Positions 1 to 8,538 of a stretch of DNA of 64,000 nt are shown piece after piece (within the stretch, counting starts at the first letter, position 1; each line of letters opens with the position of its first letter). This DNA comes from Clostridia bacterium. GTDB lineage: Bacteria > Bacillota > Clostridia > Christensenellales > UBA1242. A program made the translations under genes and the position numbers. The stretch lies in the NCBI GenBank assembly GCA_045648025.1, contig JAZRNH010000059.1, forward strand, positions 13,242 to 77,241, given 5' to 3'. The notes under the pieces are model-generated. The model saw only the letters and a program-made list of their open reading frames with translations, did no database searches and was not told where the DNA came from.

Positions 1-31
1 CAAAAAATAATAAAATTTTTTCAAAAAACAC

Positions 32-60
32 TTGATTTTTTATCCAATATACCATATACT
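32..60 (+). promoter_or_regulatory. candidate sigma-A type promoter upstream of tRNA-Ser
   Basis: TTGATT (32-37), 17-bp spacer, TATACT (55-60). It lies about 36 nt upstream of the tRNA 5' end. Confidence 0.45.
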
Positions 61-96
61 AATATTCGTTAACCAATGTTAACCAAAACTAAATAT

Positions 97-184
97 GGAG
101 AGTTGGTAGAGCGGTTGAATACACCAGTCTTGAAAACTGGCATAGTGAAAGCTATCTGGGGTTCGAATCCCTAACTCTCCGCCA
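97..184 (+). tRNA. tRNA-Ser (anticodon UGA), CCA encoded
   Basis: Acceptor GGAGAGT/ACTCTCC. Anticodon arm CCAGT-CTTGAAA-ACTGG (anticodon TGA). Long variable arm CATAGTGAAAGCTATC. T-loop context GGTTCGAATCC. Discriminator G plus CCA. Confidence 0.93.
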
Positions 185-185
185 T

Positions 186-205
186 TCGGAACTGCGTTCG
201 CACAC
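186..205. repeat. direct repeat copy 1 (TCGGAACTGCGTTCGCACAC)
   Basis: Exact 20-mer, also present at 2973-2992. Here it forms the left arm and loop of the tRNA terminator hairpin. Confidence 0.9.
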
Positions 206-222
206 GCAGTTCTTTTATTTTT
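189..222 (+). terminator. rho-independent terminator after tRNA-Ser
   Basis: 9-bp stem GAACTGCGT/ACGCAGTTC, 6-nt loop TCGCAC, then TTTTATTTTT. Confidence 0.8.
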
Positions 223-289
223 GTCTAAAAGGTATTCCTGCAATTATAATACCAAGTTTAAGAGATATAAATAAGAAATAGTAATGTGT

Positions 290-328
290 AAAAAAGGTTG
301 GCTACAAAGAGCCGACCCTTTTTATTTT
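290..328. terminator. bidirectional rho-independent terminator (serves the 434..1891 minus-strand gene)
   Basis: A-run, stem GGTTGGCT/AGCCGACC (one mismatch), loop ACAAAG, then CTTTTTATTTT. Confidence 0.6.
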
Positions 329-433
329 GTTATTAAGTTTGTGATTAAACAACAGGATTACGATTCGCAAGCACTCCAAATTACAAAGGATTTGCCCACT
401 TTCGCAAAATTTCTTTTATTTTTTAAATCTATT

Positions 434-1891
434 TTATAAATGTTGTTTTCTTTTTTCTTTTGCACATATAGGACATCTACTCCCTCGATTTCGATATGCT
501 ATAACAGATTGCCATTCGTGTCCTTTTTTACATTTCCACCATACTTTCTTATGACTATTAGCGGTAACCATATCTGGTTGAAGTTTGCCATTTTTTTCAT
601 AATTCCATTCTTCTGCTAGTTGAGGATTTAAATTTAATAAAGATTTGATTTTTTGATTGTTTACAAATAATGAATAGATATCAGAGCGGTCTCTATTTAA
701 ATCGATATCAACTTTCTTGTTTAGAAAAGTCATTAAAAGCTCTAATGCATTTTTTAAACCTTCTTCTGAAGTTCCACAGGTAATTATTTTTAAACAGTCG
801 TTTTCAATCCATTCACACTCACTATCTTCTCTAACCCTAATAAGGAGTATGTTATTTCCTTTACAAAATTTATTTTTCTTTTCATCTATTATCTTCTTGT
901 TTTTATGCCAAAAAATACCATCGTATTCTATCGCAATATTTATTGTTGGAATAAAAATATCAAATTCCATTCCTAAATGTTTATCACCATTAATAGCATC
1001 AGGAAATAATTTTTTTATGTAAAAATAAATTGTTTGTTCAGGAAATGATGTTTGTAACTCTTTTGCGCAAATTGGGCAATTTGTACCAAGATGATTTCTA
1101 TCTCTTATTCTCGCTTGCCATTCATGACCTTTTTCACATTTCCACCACACTTTCTTCTCGCTACCTGCTGATACCATGTTGGGATTTAATTCTCTATTTT
1201 TTTCATAATCCCATTCTTTTGTTAGTGTTGGATTAACTGTTGCTAGGTCATTATAGCCAACAATAGCTTGTCTACCAGAACAATAAGGGCAACCATAACC
1301 ATTACTTCGGTCATTTACAGTAGCTTGCCATTCATGACCTTTTTCGCATTTCCACCATACTTTCTTGCCACTATTTGTCATCACCATACTTGGATTTAAC
1401 TCATTATTTTTTTCATAATCCCATTCTTTTGCAAGTGTTGGATTAATTGTTGCTAGGTCATTATAACCACTAATCGCTCTTTGCCCCGCACAATATGGAC
1501 ATCCACTTCCTTTGTTTCTTGTTTTTATACAGGCAATCCACTCGTGACCTTTTTCACATTTCCACCATACTCTCTTTTCGCTACCTGCTGATACCATATT
1601 GGGATTTAATTCGCCATTTTTTTCATAATTCCATTCTTTTGCAAGCATTGGATTAATTGTTGCTAAATCATTATAACCCTTAAGTATTTTATTATTAGAA
1701 CAATATGGACATCCACTTCCTTTGTTTCTATCCCTTATATTTGAATACCATTTATGTCCTTTTTTACAAATCCAAAATGCTTTTTTTGTAGAACCACAGG
1801 ATAAAAGATTAGGGTTTAATCCTATTTTATTGTTTTCATCCCAATCCCATTCATCAATTAATTTCATATTTTGTATTACATATTGTTCCAT
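434..1891 (-). CDS. multi-zinc-ribbon protein (five DUF4379-like treble-clef repeats) with an embedded PD-(D/E)XK / Vsr-DUF559-like domain
   Basis: 485-aa ORF. The unit EW-YEKN..L.P..V...S.KKVWWKC.KGHEW........G.GCPYC recurs every 70 aa, with CPYC at residues 61, 131 and 201 and CPIC at 272 and near the C-terminus. Residues ~285-365 (MEFDIFIP..IAIEYDGIFWH..LLIRVRE) resemble a Vsr/DUF559-type endonuclease fold. Confidence 0.8.
   Translation of the reverse strand: MEQYVIQNMKLIDEWDWDENNKIGLNPNLLSCGSTKKAFWICKKGHKWYSNIRDRNKGSGCPYCSNNKILKGYNDLATINPMLAKEWNYEKNGELNPNMVSAGSEKRVWWKCEKGHEWIACIKTRNKGSGCPYCAGQRAISGYNDLATINPTLAKEWDYEKNNELNPSMVMTNSGKKVWWKCEKGHEWQATVNDRSNGYGCPYCSGRQAIVGYNDLATVNPTLTKEWDYEKNRELNPNMVSAGSEKKVWWKCEKGHEWQARIRDRNHLGTNCPICAKELQTSFPEQTIYFYIKKLFPDAINGDKHLGMEFDIFIPTINIAIEYDGIFWHKNKKIIDEKKNKFCKGNNILLIRVREDSECEWIENDCLKIITCGTSEEGLKNALELLMTFLNKKVDIDLNRDRSDIYSLFVNNQKIKSLLNLNPQLAEEWNYEKNGKLQPDMVTANSHKKVWWKCKKGHEWQSVIAYRNRGSRCPICAKEKRKQHL
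1061..1858 (-). repeat. intragenic tandem repeats, ~210-bp period (about 3.8 units), encoding the zinc-ribbon modules
   Basis: Near-identical DNA blocks start at ~1118, ~1328 and ~1538, for example CATTCATGACCTTTTTC(A/G)CATTTCCACCA. A fifth diverged unit lies at ~437-619. Confidence 0.85.
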
Positions 1892-1897
1892 AATATG

Positions 1898-1925
1898 ATT
1901 ATAACATATATTTTTGTAAAATTAT
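1898..1925 (-). promoter_or_regulatory. extended -10 promoter placed for a leaderless transcript of the zinc-ribbon gene
   Basis: The minus strand reads TTTACA-(11)-TGTTATAAT-CATATT-ATG. TGnTATAAT ends 6 nt before the ATG (1891), and no Shine-Dalgarno is present. Confidence 0.4.
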
Positions 1926-1961
1926 CTATTTAATTAAAAAATATAAAAAAAATACTCAGTT

Positions 1962-2849
1962 TTATGACTGAGTATTTGATTTTTTACTTTTCCTTATATT
2001 GTGTTTTGTATCATTTTTTTGACTACTACATTCTTGTTGTTTTTGTGAAAAAGTTGCAGCAATATCATTTGCAACTGTAAACGCTTGTTTTATTTGGAAT
2101 CTTCTATTTGCATTATTTCTATATACAGCTAACAAATTGTTAATTTGTGCATCTTCATTTTGAGCATAAGACAATAATAAATGTTTATCCCAACTAATAT
2201 CAAACTTATGTGTCTTTTCCATTTCCCAAACACAATTGTTTAATTCTGATTTTAAATTGCAAATATTTTGAAATGCATTAAAGCATTCTATATACGCATT
2301 GTTAAAATCATTAGAATCAATATATTTAACAATTACAATATTTTGAGAAACTAGATTTAATAACCTTGATATGCAATTTACAGTATTATATACAGCAGTC
2401 GACCTTTTACCCTTTACTTTCACATCTGATGAAGAAATGAACGAGAAATCTTTGTGTTTTGTATAATTTTCACACCTATTCAAATAATTATCATTTAAGT
2501 TACTGATTTTATTTGCATAAATTCTAAGATTACCAACATCTTGATTATTATCAATGATATTCATCATAACAGACAAATCTTCTCTTTCTCTATTTAATAT
2601 ATTGTAAAAAGATGAGCAATCTGAAAATAATTTTTCATAAAGTTTATTTTTAGCAGAAGTATAATTACCAATTTCAATTATACATGGAACAATTAGACCA
2701 GCAGCAAAACTTAAACAAATATCATGAACCCATTCGTATATCTGTGGAGTATTCTCTTGATGTTGCAAAACATAAAAAACTACTGTTCCAATTGCAAACA
2801 ACACACTTGACCAAAAAGTCCAAATTATTATCTTTTTATGAGCTTTCAT
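1962..2849 (-). CDS. hypothetical membrane protein (two N-terminal TM helices, soluble C-terminal region)
   Basis: The ORF-track start at 2879 is a TTG. The ATG at 2849 follows GGAGG (CCTCC at 2854-2858 on +). Hydrophobic helices: IIIWTFWSSVLFAIGTVVFYVL and ICLSFAAGLIVPCIIEI. No catalytic motif recognised. Confidence 0.65.
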   Translation of the reverse strand: MKAHKKIIIWTFWSSVLFAIGTVVFYVLQHQENTPQIYEWVHDICLSFAAGLIVPCIIEIGNYTSAKNKLYEKLFSDCSSFYNILNREREDLSVMMNIIDNNQDVGNLRIYANKISNLNDNYLNRCENYTKHKDFSFISSSDVKVKGKRSTAVYNTVNCISRLLNLVSQNIVIVKYIDSNDFNNAYIECFNAFQNICNLKSELNNCVWEMEKTHKFDISWDKHLLLSYAQNEDAQINNLLAVYRNNANRRFQIKQAFTVANDIAATFSQKQQECSSQKNDTKHNIRKSKKSNTQS

Positions 2850-2972
2850 ATAACCTCCAATAATATTTTGATTATACAATATTTTTTTAAGATTATCAAT
2901 ATGCTAAGTCATAATTAAAGCAATATAATTTTTTAATTTTCAGTTCAACCTGAACTTTGTTCGCTCTATCAA

Positions 2973-2992
2973 TCGGAACTGCGTTCGCACAC
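2973..2992. repeat. direct repeat copy 2 (TCGGAACTGCGTTCGCACAC)
   Basis: Exact match to 186-205. The hairpin's right arm is absent here, so only the left arm and loop are duplicated. Confidence 0.9.
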
Positions 2993-3243
2993 AGGTTTGA
3001 GCCCCATATTTACTTAATTTGGCGAGGGTGAGAATTGAAGCTGTCCCGCCACATTTCGACTGTGCGAAACCCAAAATTACTGAGTTTGTACAGTCTTTTT
3101 TTATTCCTTTTCAAAACCCCACCTAATCGCTGATATTATCAGCATGTACACCTTGCACAAACATCCACCATTTCTCATAAATTTGTGCAATTTGACCATA
3201 TCCCCAAAACCACAATATAGAACACATGATAATCCCACCCATA

Positions 3244-3277
3244 ACAAAAAAAACGAACACCTATCTGATGTTCGTTT
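3244..3277 (-). terminator. rho-independent terminator ending the Dcm/GHKL/Z1 operon
   Basis: On the minus strand: stem AACGAACA/TGTTCGTT with a 10-nt loop, followed by T8. It lies 50 nt downstream of the stop at 3329. Confidence 0.7.
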
Positions 3278-3328
3278 GTTGTCCTTTCAATCTCTTCTTT
3301 TATCTCAAAAAGAGAGGCAATGAGTATT

Positions 3329-3988
3329 TTAAACTTTGTCTAATATAATTGCTTTATTTCCTTCAATAAACGAAACCGGCTTATACTCCCCGCCAAAAAA
3401 ATATCTATTTCCATCTGCATATCTATAAAATAAATATACTTTTGTATCTTTGTTTTCTTGTTCTATTATTTCATTACAAACAATGTTTGGAACGTGCGTA
3501 TAGGTTTTTCTTGCGTAATTAAGACTTTCTTTTTCATTTTCTAAATAATATTTAATCTTCTTATCTCGTTCTATCCAATTATCATCATATACGCCATTTC
3601 TTATTTGTGTTTTTAATAAAACAATATTTTTTTCTTGATTATAATACATTCCTTTTTGATGATTAAAATTGTTTGCCAACGCACAAATAGTTAAACTTGT
3701 TATTAAGTCCCCTTCTTTTAAATCCTCAATCTTGGTCGCTGGGCAAATATCCTCTTTATATTCGTTCATAATATCAATAGCTGTTTTTAATCCTGCTTCA
3801 TGTATTGCATTATATTGATCTTTCTTTATTGTTCTTATCGAAGGATTGTTTAAAAACTTTACAATATCTCCGTCATTGTTTAATGCTTTTATTTTTCCCA
3901 TAAAATATTTTATAGATAAATTAAAGTCTTTCCCCATTTCCTTCAACAGCAATTCTTCATTCTTTAGAATTTCATCTCTTAAACGCAT
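3329..3988 (-). CDS. hypothetical protein, last gene of the Dcm/GHKL/Z1 operon
   Basis: 219-aa ORF starting 3 nt after the upstream stop. No motif securely recognised. The C-terminal half (NGVYDDNW...KVYLFYRYADGNRYFFGGEYKPV) is beta-rich and vaguely SRA/PUA-like; this is speculative. Confidence 0.6.
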   Translation of the reverse strand: MRLRDEILKNEELLLKEMGKDFNLSIKYFMGKIKALNNDGDIVKFLNNPSIRTIKKDQYNAIHEAGLKTAIDIMNEYKEDICPATKIEDLKEGDLITSLTICALANNFNHQKGMYYNQEKNIVLLKTQIRNGVYDDNWIERDKKIKYYLENEKESLNYARKTYTHVPNIVCNEIIEQENKDTKVYLFYRYADGNRYFFGGEYKPVSFIEGNKAIILDKV

Positions 3989-3991
3989 ATT

Positions 3992-4903
3992 TTAAATTAA
4001 TCTCCTTAATTCATCAAAATCAGAATCTTTTATATTTGAGAAATCAACATCATATCTAACATTAGATATACCTTCAGGTATAACATCAACAAGTTTTGGA
4101 ATATTATTAGAATTATATAATTTTATACCTTCATACGTTTCGTTTTTATTACAATTTATTCCTTGATAATCCTCATTCAATCCCAACTTCTTCATCAATA
4201 ATTCAATCGCCAGCATTTGATTTTTGTTATCCAACAAAGCAATGGTTTGTTTACATAATTGATATAAAGACAATCCCAATTCACATGGTTTTAACTTGCA
4301 AGAAACGACAAACACATTTAAATGTTTTCTTGCAATTTGATCTTTCCCAAACGAATGAATTCTAACATCTTTGATTGTCGACTTAACTTCTAATTTTGTT
4401 TTTTCACTTAACTCAAAGTCATGCTTATTGAAAAAATCTGTATGCCAACTTTTATAACAATCAAATCCTCTTTCGTATAAGTAATTTATTAAAGATAATT
4501 CACCATATAATCCAATCTCTAATACCTTATCATGCATACTTACAACTGAAAAAATTGTTTCTAATGAATAGAATAATTTCAACATTTCGTCTGCGCTTAA
4601 TGCATTATCATTTTTTATAAATAAATAATCACACACTCTTTCAAAATGAGCAATACTGTTTTCATCTTTCTTCTTACAAATTAAAATATGATAATTTCCA
4701 ATCTCGTTTTCATTTATCTCTAAAATAATGTTATTTTTCATAAGAAAAAACTCATTTTCAAAAGATACAGATTCTCTAATATTTTCTGTGTTTCTTATCA
4801 AAATTGAGTGTCTTTTCTCTACATCAACACATACAACAACATTTTTGCCTTCAACATCTGCTTTTGTAATATTTGTAAAATATTGATTACAATTAATTTT
4901 CAT
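3992..4903 (-). CDS. PD-(D/E)XK motif protein (DUF4420-like)
   Basis: GLYGELSLINYL...HDFEL...KLEVKST gives a D...EVK nuclease signature. The ATG at 4903 has RBS GGGAGAG 7 nt upstream, and an alternative ATG lies at 4924. The gene overlaps the Z1 gene end (4893). Confidence 0.6.
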   Translation of the reverse strand: MKINCNQYFTNITKADVEGKNVVVCVDVEKRHSILIRNTENIRESVSFENEFFLMKNNIILEINENEIGNYHILICKKKDENSIAHFERVCDYLFIKNDNALSADEMLKLFYSLETIFSVVSMHDKVLEIGLYGELSLINYLYERGFDCYKSWHTDFFNKHDFELSEKTKLEVKSTIKDVRIHSFGKDQIARKHLNVFVVSCKLKPCELGLSLYQLCKQTIALLDNKNQMLAIELLMKKLGLNEDYQGINCNKNETYEGIKLYNSNNIPKLVDVIPEGISNVRYDVDFSNIKDSDFDELRRLI

Positions 4904-7040
4904 AGTCAAACTCTCCCGTAACATACTTTGTTGTTCTACTATCGTATGGATAATTGATTGTTAAAAAAGGTACCAAATTGTCTTTTTCTTCTTTATTTGT
5001 GTAAACATAATGAACTTGAATATTGAGTTTGTTTTCAAATACACCTTTATCACCGACATAACCATTTGTAACCTGATAACTTTCAGGAAGTTCCTTAATT
5101 GCCATACCATTAGACATTGTACTACGATATTGATTTTCTCCATCTCTCATTTTAACTAATGTGAAAGAATCGGGGATTAAATCTGCTTTAACAGAATCTA
5201 TTAGAGATTGAAATACATATCTATTAATATTTGTACACTCATAAGGAAAACTCCATCTTTTTAACACTTTTTCATAAAAATCTAGTAATGAAATATTCTC
5301 ATAATATTTATGAACATGTTCATTATTTCTCCCATAAAAATATGATTGCGGATTTCCTAAGGTTTTAAAATACTCTTCTAAAATTTGATAATTGTTTTTA
5401 TATTCTTTATCACTTGCATAACTTAATGAACGATCATAAGTATATCCAGCATTAATCTCGCCTAAGGTTACTGTTTTTGAAATTGTCTTTCTGGTTAAAA
5501 TTAACTTCTTATTACTTAAAACAAACACCCTTTTCATTTTTTGCATAGGCTGACCAGTTTTTAAAAAGTTTCTAATTGTTTGCCATAAATAATTTTCATG
5601 ATTATTAATATCAACAAAATACCTTTTCATTTCTTGAGGCATATAAACCTTACATAAATCTAAATAATTTTGTTTATAACCAAACCATCTTGCACGTTGC
5701 AAAGTATTATCTACAGGGTTTTCTTTTGCAGTTCTATAAATATATGTAACAGCTAAGTTTTTTAAAGTTATACCTCTTTCTAGCATATTTCCGCCAACAT
5801 ATATTTTATATTTGTAAAATTTATCCATTCCAATATCTTGCGAGTCGTTACTACCTTCTTTTGTATTAATTTGGTACACTCTTGTTTTATTTAAATTTTT
5901 CTTTATTACAACATACAAATCATCAAATGGCGGAAAGTAATTTGAATCCGTCACCATTTCTTCTTCGTAAATTTGTTTAAATTCATTATATAAATCATCA
6001 TATCCAAGAGAACAATCATCAGAAATAACACTTGTAATTGAGTCTAACTCATTTTTTACTTTATCGTAAATAATGTTTTGAACTGCTGTGCTAGATGATG
6101 GATGCACTAACATACTATGTGCACTTGTATCACCTCTTAAGTACCTAACACCACATCCCAAAATAAAATATTTTAAAGCATCACAGAATGATTTTGGTAC
6201 ACCCAATTTGAAGTTTTCCGTATCATTTGCTTCTTCAACTAATGTGTTTTCCATTGTATCATGAAATACATTTGCTCCTGTATATCCATTACCAGGTTCT
6301 ACCAATACACAGTCATCCGGAGAAAGATTATCTAGAGCTGTAGATAGTAATAAATTTGATTGAGGTGTGGCTGTAACAGACAAGTAGGTTCCCCTCTTGA
6401 CAAATTTTACACAATTTAAGATTGCTTGACTTACGGCTTTGGGTCTGTTTTTTGCTCCAGGAGAATATTCATCACCCTCATCATCGACAATTAGTGAAGG
6501 AACATCTGATAATGACGAAGTCAATTGCTCCAAGTTTGCCAAATTTGATTCACTTGTTTTACTTTTGTGCTTTAACACCATTAAAATAACTTTGCAACCA
6601 CAATTAATTCTTTGCTTAACTTCTCTAGCATCAGCATTGTTGATATCCATAATTAAGATATCATCATTATTAGAAAACTCTTCTAAAATTCTATCTTTGT
6701 TTTGTGATAAAAGATTGGTTTTTGTTCCACCAATAACATATGCTATGTCATAACCATTATCAAATGCAAGGGCTATTGTGCTTATGAAAAAAGATGTCTT
6801 ACCGCTTTGAACTTTACCAAGACATAATAATTTATTCATTTTTTCATATGGGCTAGTTGGCGAAACAAACTTTAACAACGCTTTCGTTGCATTTGAAAAA
6901 ACATTATTAAGATTTGTTTCTGACCAAGACTCTTTCATGTGTTCACAAAGGGTCCTTTTATAAGGACCGTCTGTAATAACATTTGTAATGTATTTACATT
7001 CATTAGCTTCAACTTGCTCGTTTATAACAGTTTCTGACAT
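4893..7040 (-). CDS. Z1-domain P-loop NTPase
   Basis: Walker A LGKVQSGKTS and Walker B LIVDDEGDE. The size (715 aa) and the position next to a GHKL ATPase and a C5-MTase are as I recall for Z1 family proteins. Confidence 0.65.
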   Translation of the reverse strand: MSETVINEQVEANECKYITNVITDGPYKRTLCEHMKESWSETNLNNVFSNATKALLKFVSPTSPYEKMNKLLCLGKVQSGKTSFFISTIALAFDNGYDIAYVIGGTKTNLLSQNKDRILEEFSNNDDILIMDINNADAREVKQRINCGCKVILMVLKHKSKTSESNLANLEQLTSSLSDVPSLIVDDEGDEYSPGAKNRPKAVSQAILNCVKFVKRGTYLSVTATPQSNLLLSTALDNLSPDDCVLVEPGNGYTGANVFHDTMENTLVEEANDTENFKLGVPKSFCDALKYFILGCGVRYLRGDTSAHSMLVHPSSSTAVQNIIYDKVKNELDSITSVISDDCSLGYDDLYNEFKQIYEEEMVTDSNYFPPFDDLYVVIKKNLNKTRVYQINTKEGSNDSQDIGMDKFYKYKIYVGGNMLERGITLKNLAVTYIYRTAKENPVDNTLQRARWFGYKQNYLDLCKVYMPQEMKRYFVDINNHENYLWQTIRNFLKTGQPMQKMKRVFVLSNKKLILTRKTISKTVTLGEINAGYTYDRSLSYASDKEYKNNYQILEEYFKTLGNPQSYFYGRNNEHVHKYYENISLLDFYEKVLKRWSFPYECTNINRYVFQSLIDSVKADLIPDSFTLVKMRDGENQYRSTMSNGMAIKELPESYQVTNGYVGDKGVFENKLNIQVHYVYTNKEEKDNLVPFLTINYPYDSRTTKYVTGEFDYEN

Positions 7041-7047
7041 ATTTTAC

Positions 7048-8538
7048 CTACTTTACACTTCTAATTATAGAGTTTATTATGCTTAAAATTTTATAAGCAT
7101 CTGAATTTCCATTGTTTTTAGATGTAATAATCGACACACATACCGTAATTGCCATTTTTTGTAAAAATTCAAGGTTGCTTTTTGTTTTTCCCAATCCGCT
7201 AAAAAATTCCAAACCATAGTTTATTGTTAAATCATATTCTGATGGTTGATTCTTTGTATGTATTTTAATCCAATCATTAAAATCATTATTTTCAAATTTT
7301 ACATTAAATACATAGTGTACACCTTGAACATCAATTTCAACAGGCTCAAACTCATCTTCTCTAACAGCGCTATCAATTGAATTTTTTAAACTTTGAGAAA
7401 CTTCTTTTTCAATTTCTGAATCAACAACTGTATTAACTATTTGCTCTATTTTTGAATTATCAATAGATTTAAATGATTTATTAATGTTGTTAGCAATCTG
7501 TTTTTTATTTTCTTTTGATATTGGTTTGTCTTCTTTTCTTAACTCTGAAGACTTGGCAATGATTGCACCTGCTGCGCTTTTCAATTCTTCAATAAATCTA
7601 TCTTCTACATCCCCTTCCCACATCAATTCATCTTTTGTGTAAGAAGGCTCCCAATTATCACCCTTTAAATTAACTTCACCTATAATTCTTTGGTAAGGAT
7701 AAAGGTTTGGTTTCCCAACCAATTTTGTTGGTCTATAATGTATTTTAATTGCCCTACCTTTTCTAAATAAAGTTAATCCTGAAAATTCAGTATCGGCTGT
7801 TGCTCTTATACCAACCCAACCATCAAATGAATATGCCTTACCCTCAACTTCAAATTGTCTTTCAAAAGTTGTCATATATGCACTACCGGTTGATTGATTT
7901 ATCCAAAGTTCAGGTTTTTGATATTTAATTGGCTCTTTATTAACTGTCATAACTAATTCTTCGTTTCTAATATCTAGCGAATACATTTCTGATAACGATC
8001 TGATTAAAGAATTAATTTTATTGGCACTTATTTTTTTGTTAAGAATCTCAATTTTAATAATTGTGTAATGTTCATTTTCATCACATTCTTCTTTTGTTGC
8101 GGTAACTGCTTCTGGTGAATTTCTTGTAATTTCATCCACGTCAACAACAGCTTTATATTTATTTTTTGAACCAAACATTGTTGTTTCAACCGACCATAAA
8201 GAACCTAGGCATGTAGCAGAAGTTTTTAACCCCATTCCCTTTTCGCATCTTCCAGAGGTATCTTCTGGTGGAGAATCTAATTTTAAAGCCCTCTTAAAAT
8301 CTTCTATCTCCATGCCATACGCATTGTCATAAATTTTAATATATTCAGGATATATTTCAATATTTATGTGACATTTATGTTGTCCAATTGCAGCCAATTC
8401 TTTTTTATGAGAAATAAAACTTTGTGTTGAATTATCAATAAATTCTGCAAATGCATTTTCAATTTTATATGATTGATTTTTATATGTTCCTAAAATACTT
8501 GACCCAGGTCTAATATTTACTAAGAATTCTTCTCTCAT
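7048..8538 (-). CDS. GHKL (HATPase_c_3 / MORC-MutL-like) ATPase
   Basis: N-box AFAEFIDNSTQS and G-box EKGMGLKTS. The start overlaps the MTase stop (TCAT at 8535-8538 on the + strand, which is ATGA on the coding minus strand). Confidence 0.65.
   Translation of the reverse strand: MREEFLVNIRPGSSILGTYKNQSYKIENAFAEFIDNSTQSFISHKKELAAIGQHKCHINIEIYPEYIKIYDNAYGMEIEDFKRALKLDSPPEDTSGRCEKGMGLKTSATCLGSLWSVETTMFGSKNKYKAVVDVDEITRNSPEAVTATKEECDENEHYTIIKIEILNKKISANKINSLIRSLSEMYSLDIRNEELVMTVNKEPIKYQKPELWINQSTGSAYMTTFERQFEVEGKAYSFDGWVGIRATADTEFSGLTLFRKGRAIKIHYRPTKLVGKPNLYPYQRIIGEVNLKGDNWEPSYTKDELMWEGDVEDRFIEELKSAAGAIIAKSSELRKEDKPISKENKKQIANNINKSFKSIDNSKIEQIVNTVVDSEIEKEVSQSLKNSIDSAVREDEFEPVEIDVQGVHYVFNVKFENNDFNDWIKIHTKNQPSEYDLTINYGLEFFSGLGKTKSNLEFLQKMAITVCVSIITSKNNGNSDAYKILSIINSIIRSVK

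Noticed and set aside
717-1236. Plus-strand ORFs 717..1022 and 1030..1236 inside the zinc-ribbon gene
   Set aside because: They are antisense shadows of a strongly supported minus-strand CDS. Their composition is low-complexity (Phe/Ile/Ser-rich) and they have no RBS.
1061-1858. Regularly spaced ~210-bp repeats considered as a CRISPR-like or satellite array
   Set aside because: The repeats are in frame within one long ORF and encode the zinc-ribbon module. There is no short-repeat/unique-spacer organisation.
2939-2954. T-arm-like hairpin TTCAG-TTCAAC-CTGAA just before repeat copy 2, considered as a tRNA 3' fragment
   Set aside because: The loop has 6 nt rather than 7. No matching acceptor strand or CCA follows, and the upstream sequence has no tRNA features.
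3123-3242. 39-aa Trp-rich hydrophobic ORF (MGGIIMCSILWFWGYGQ...) on the minus strand
   Set aside because: It starts directly after the operon terminator T-tract, with no RBS or promoter. It is probably a chance ORF or a gene remnant.
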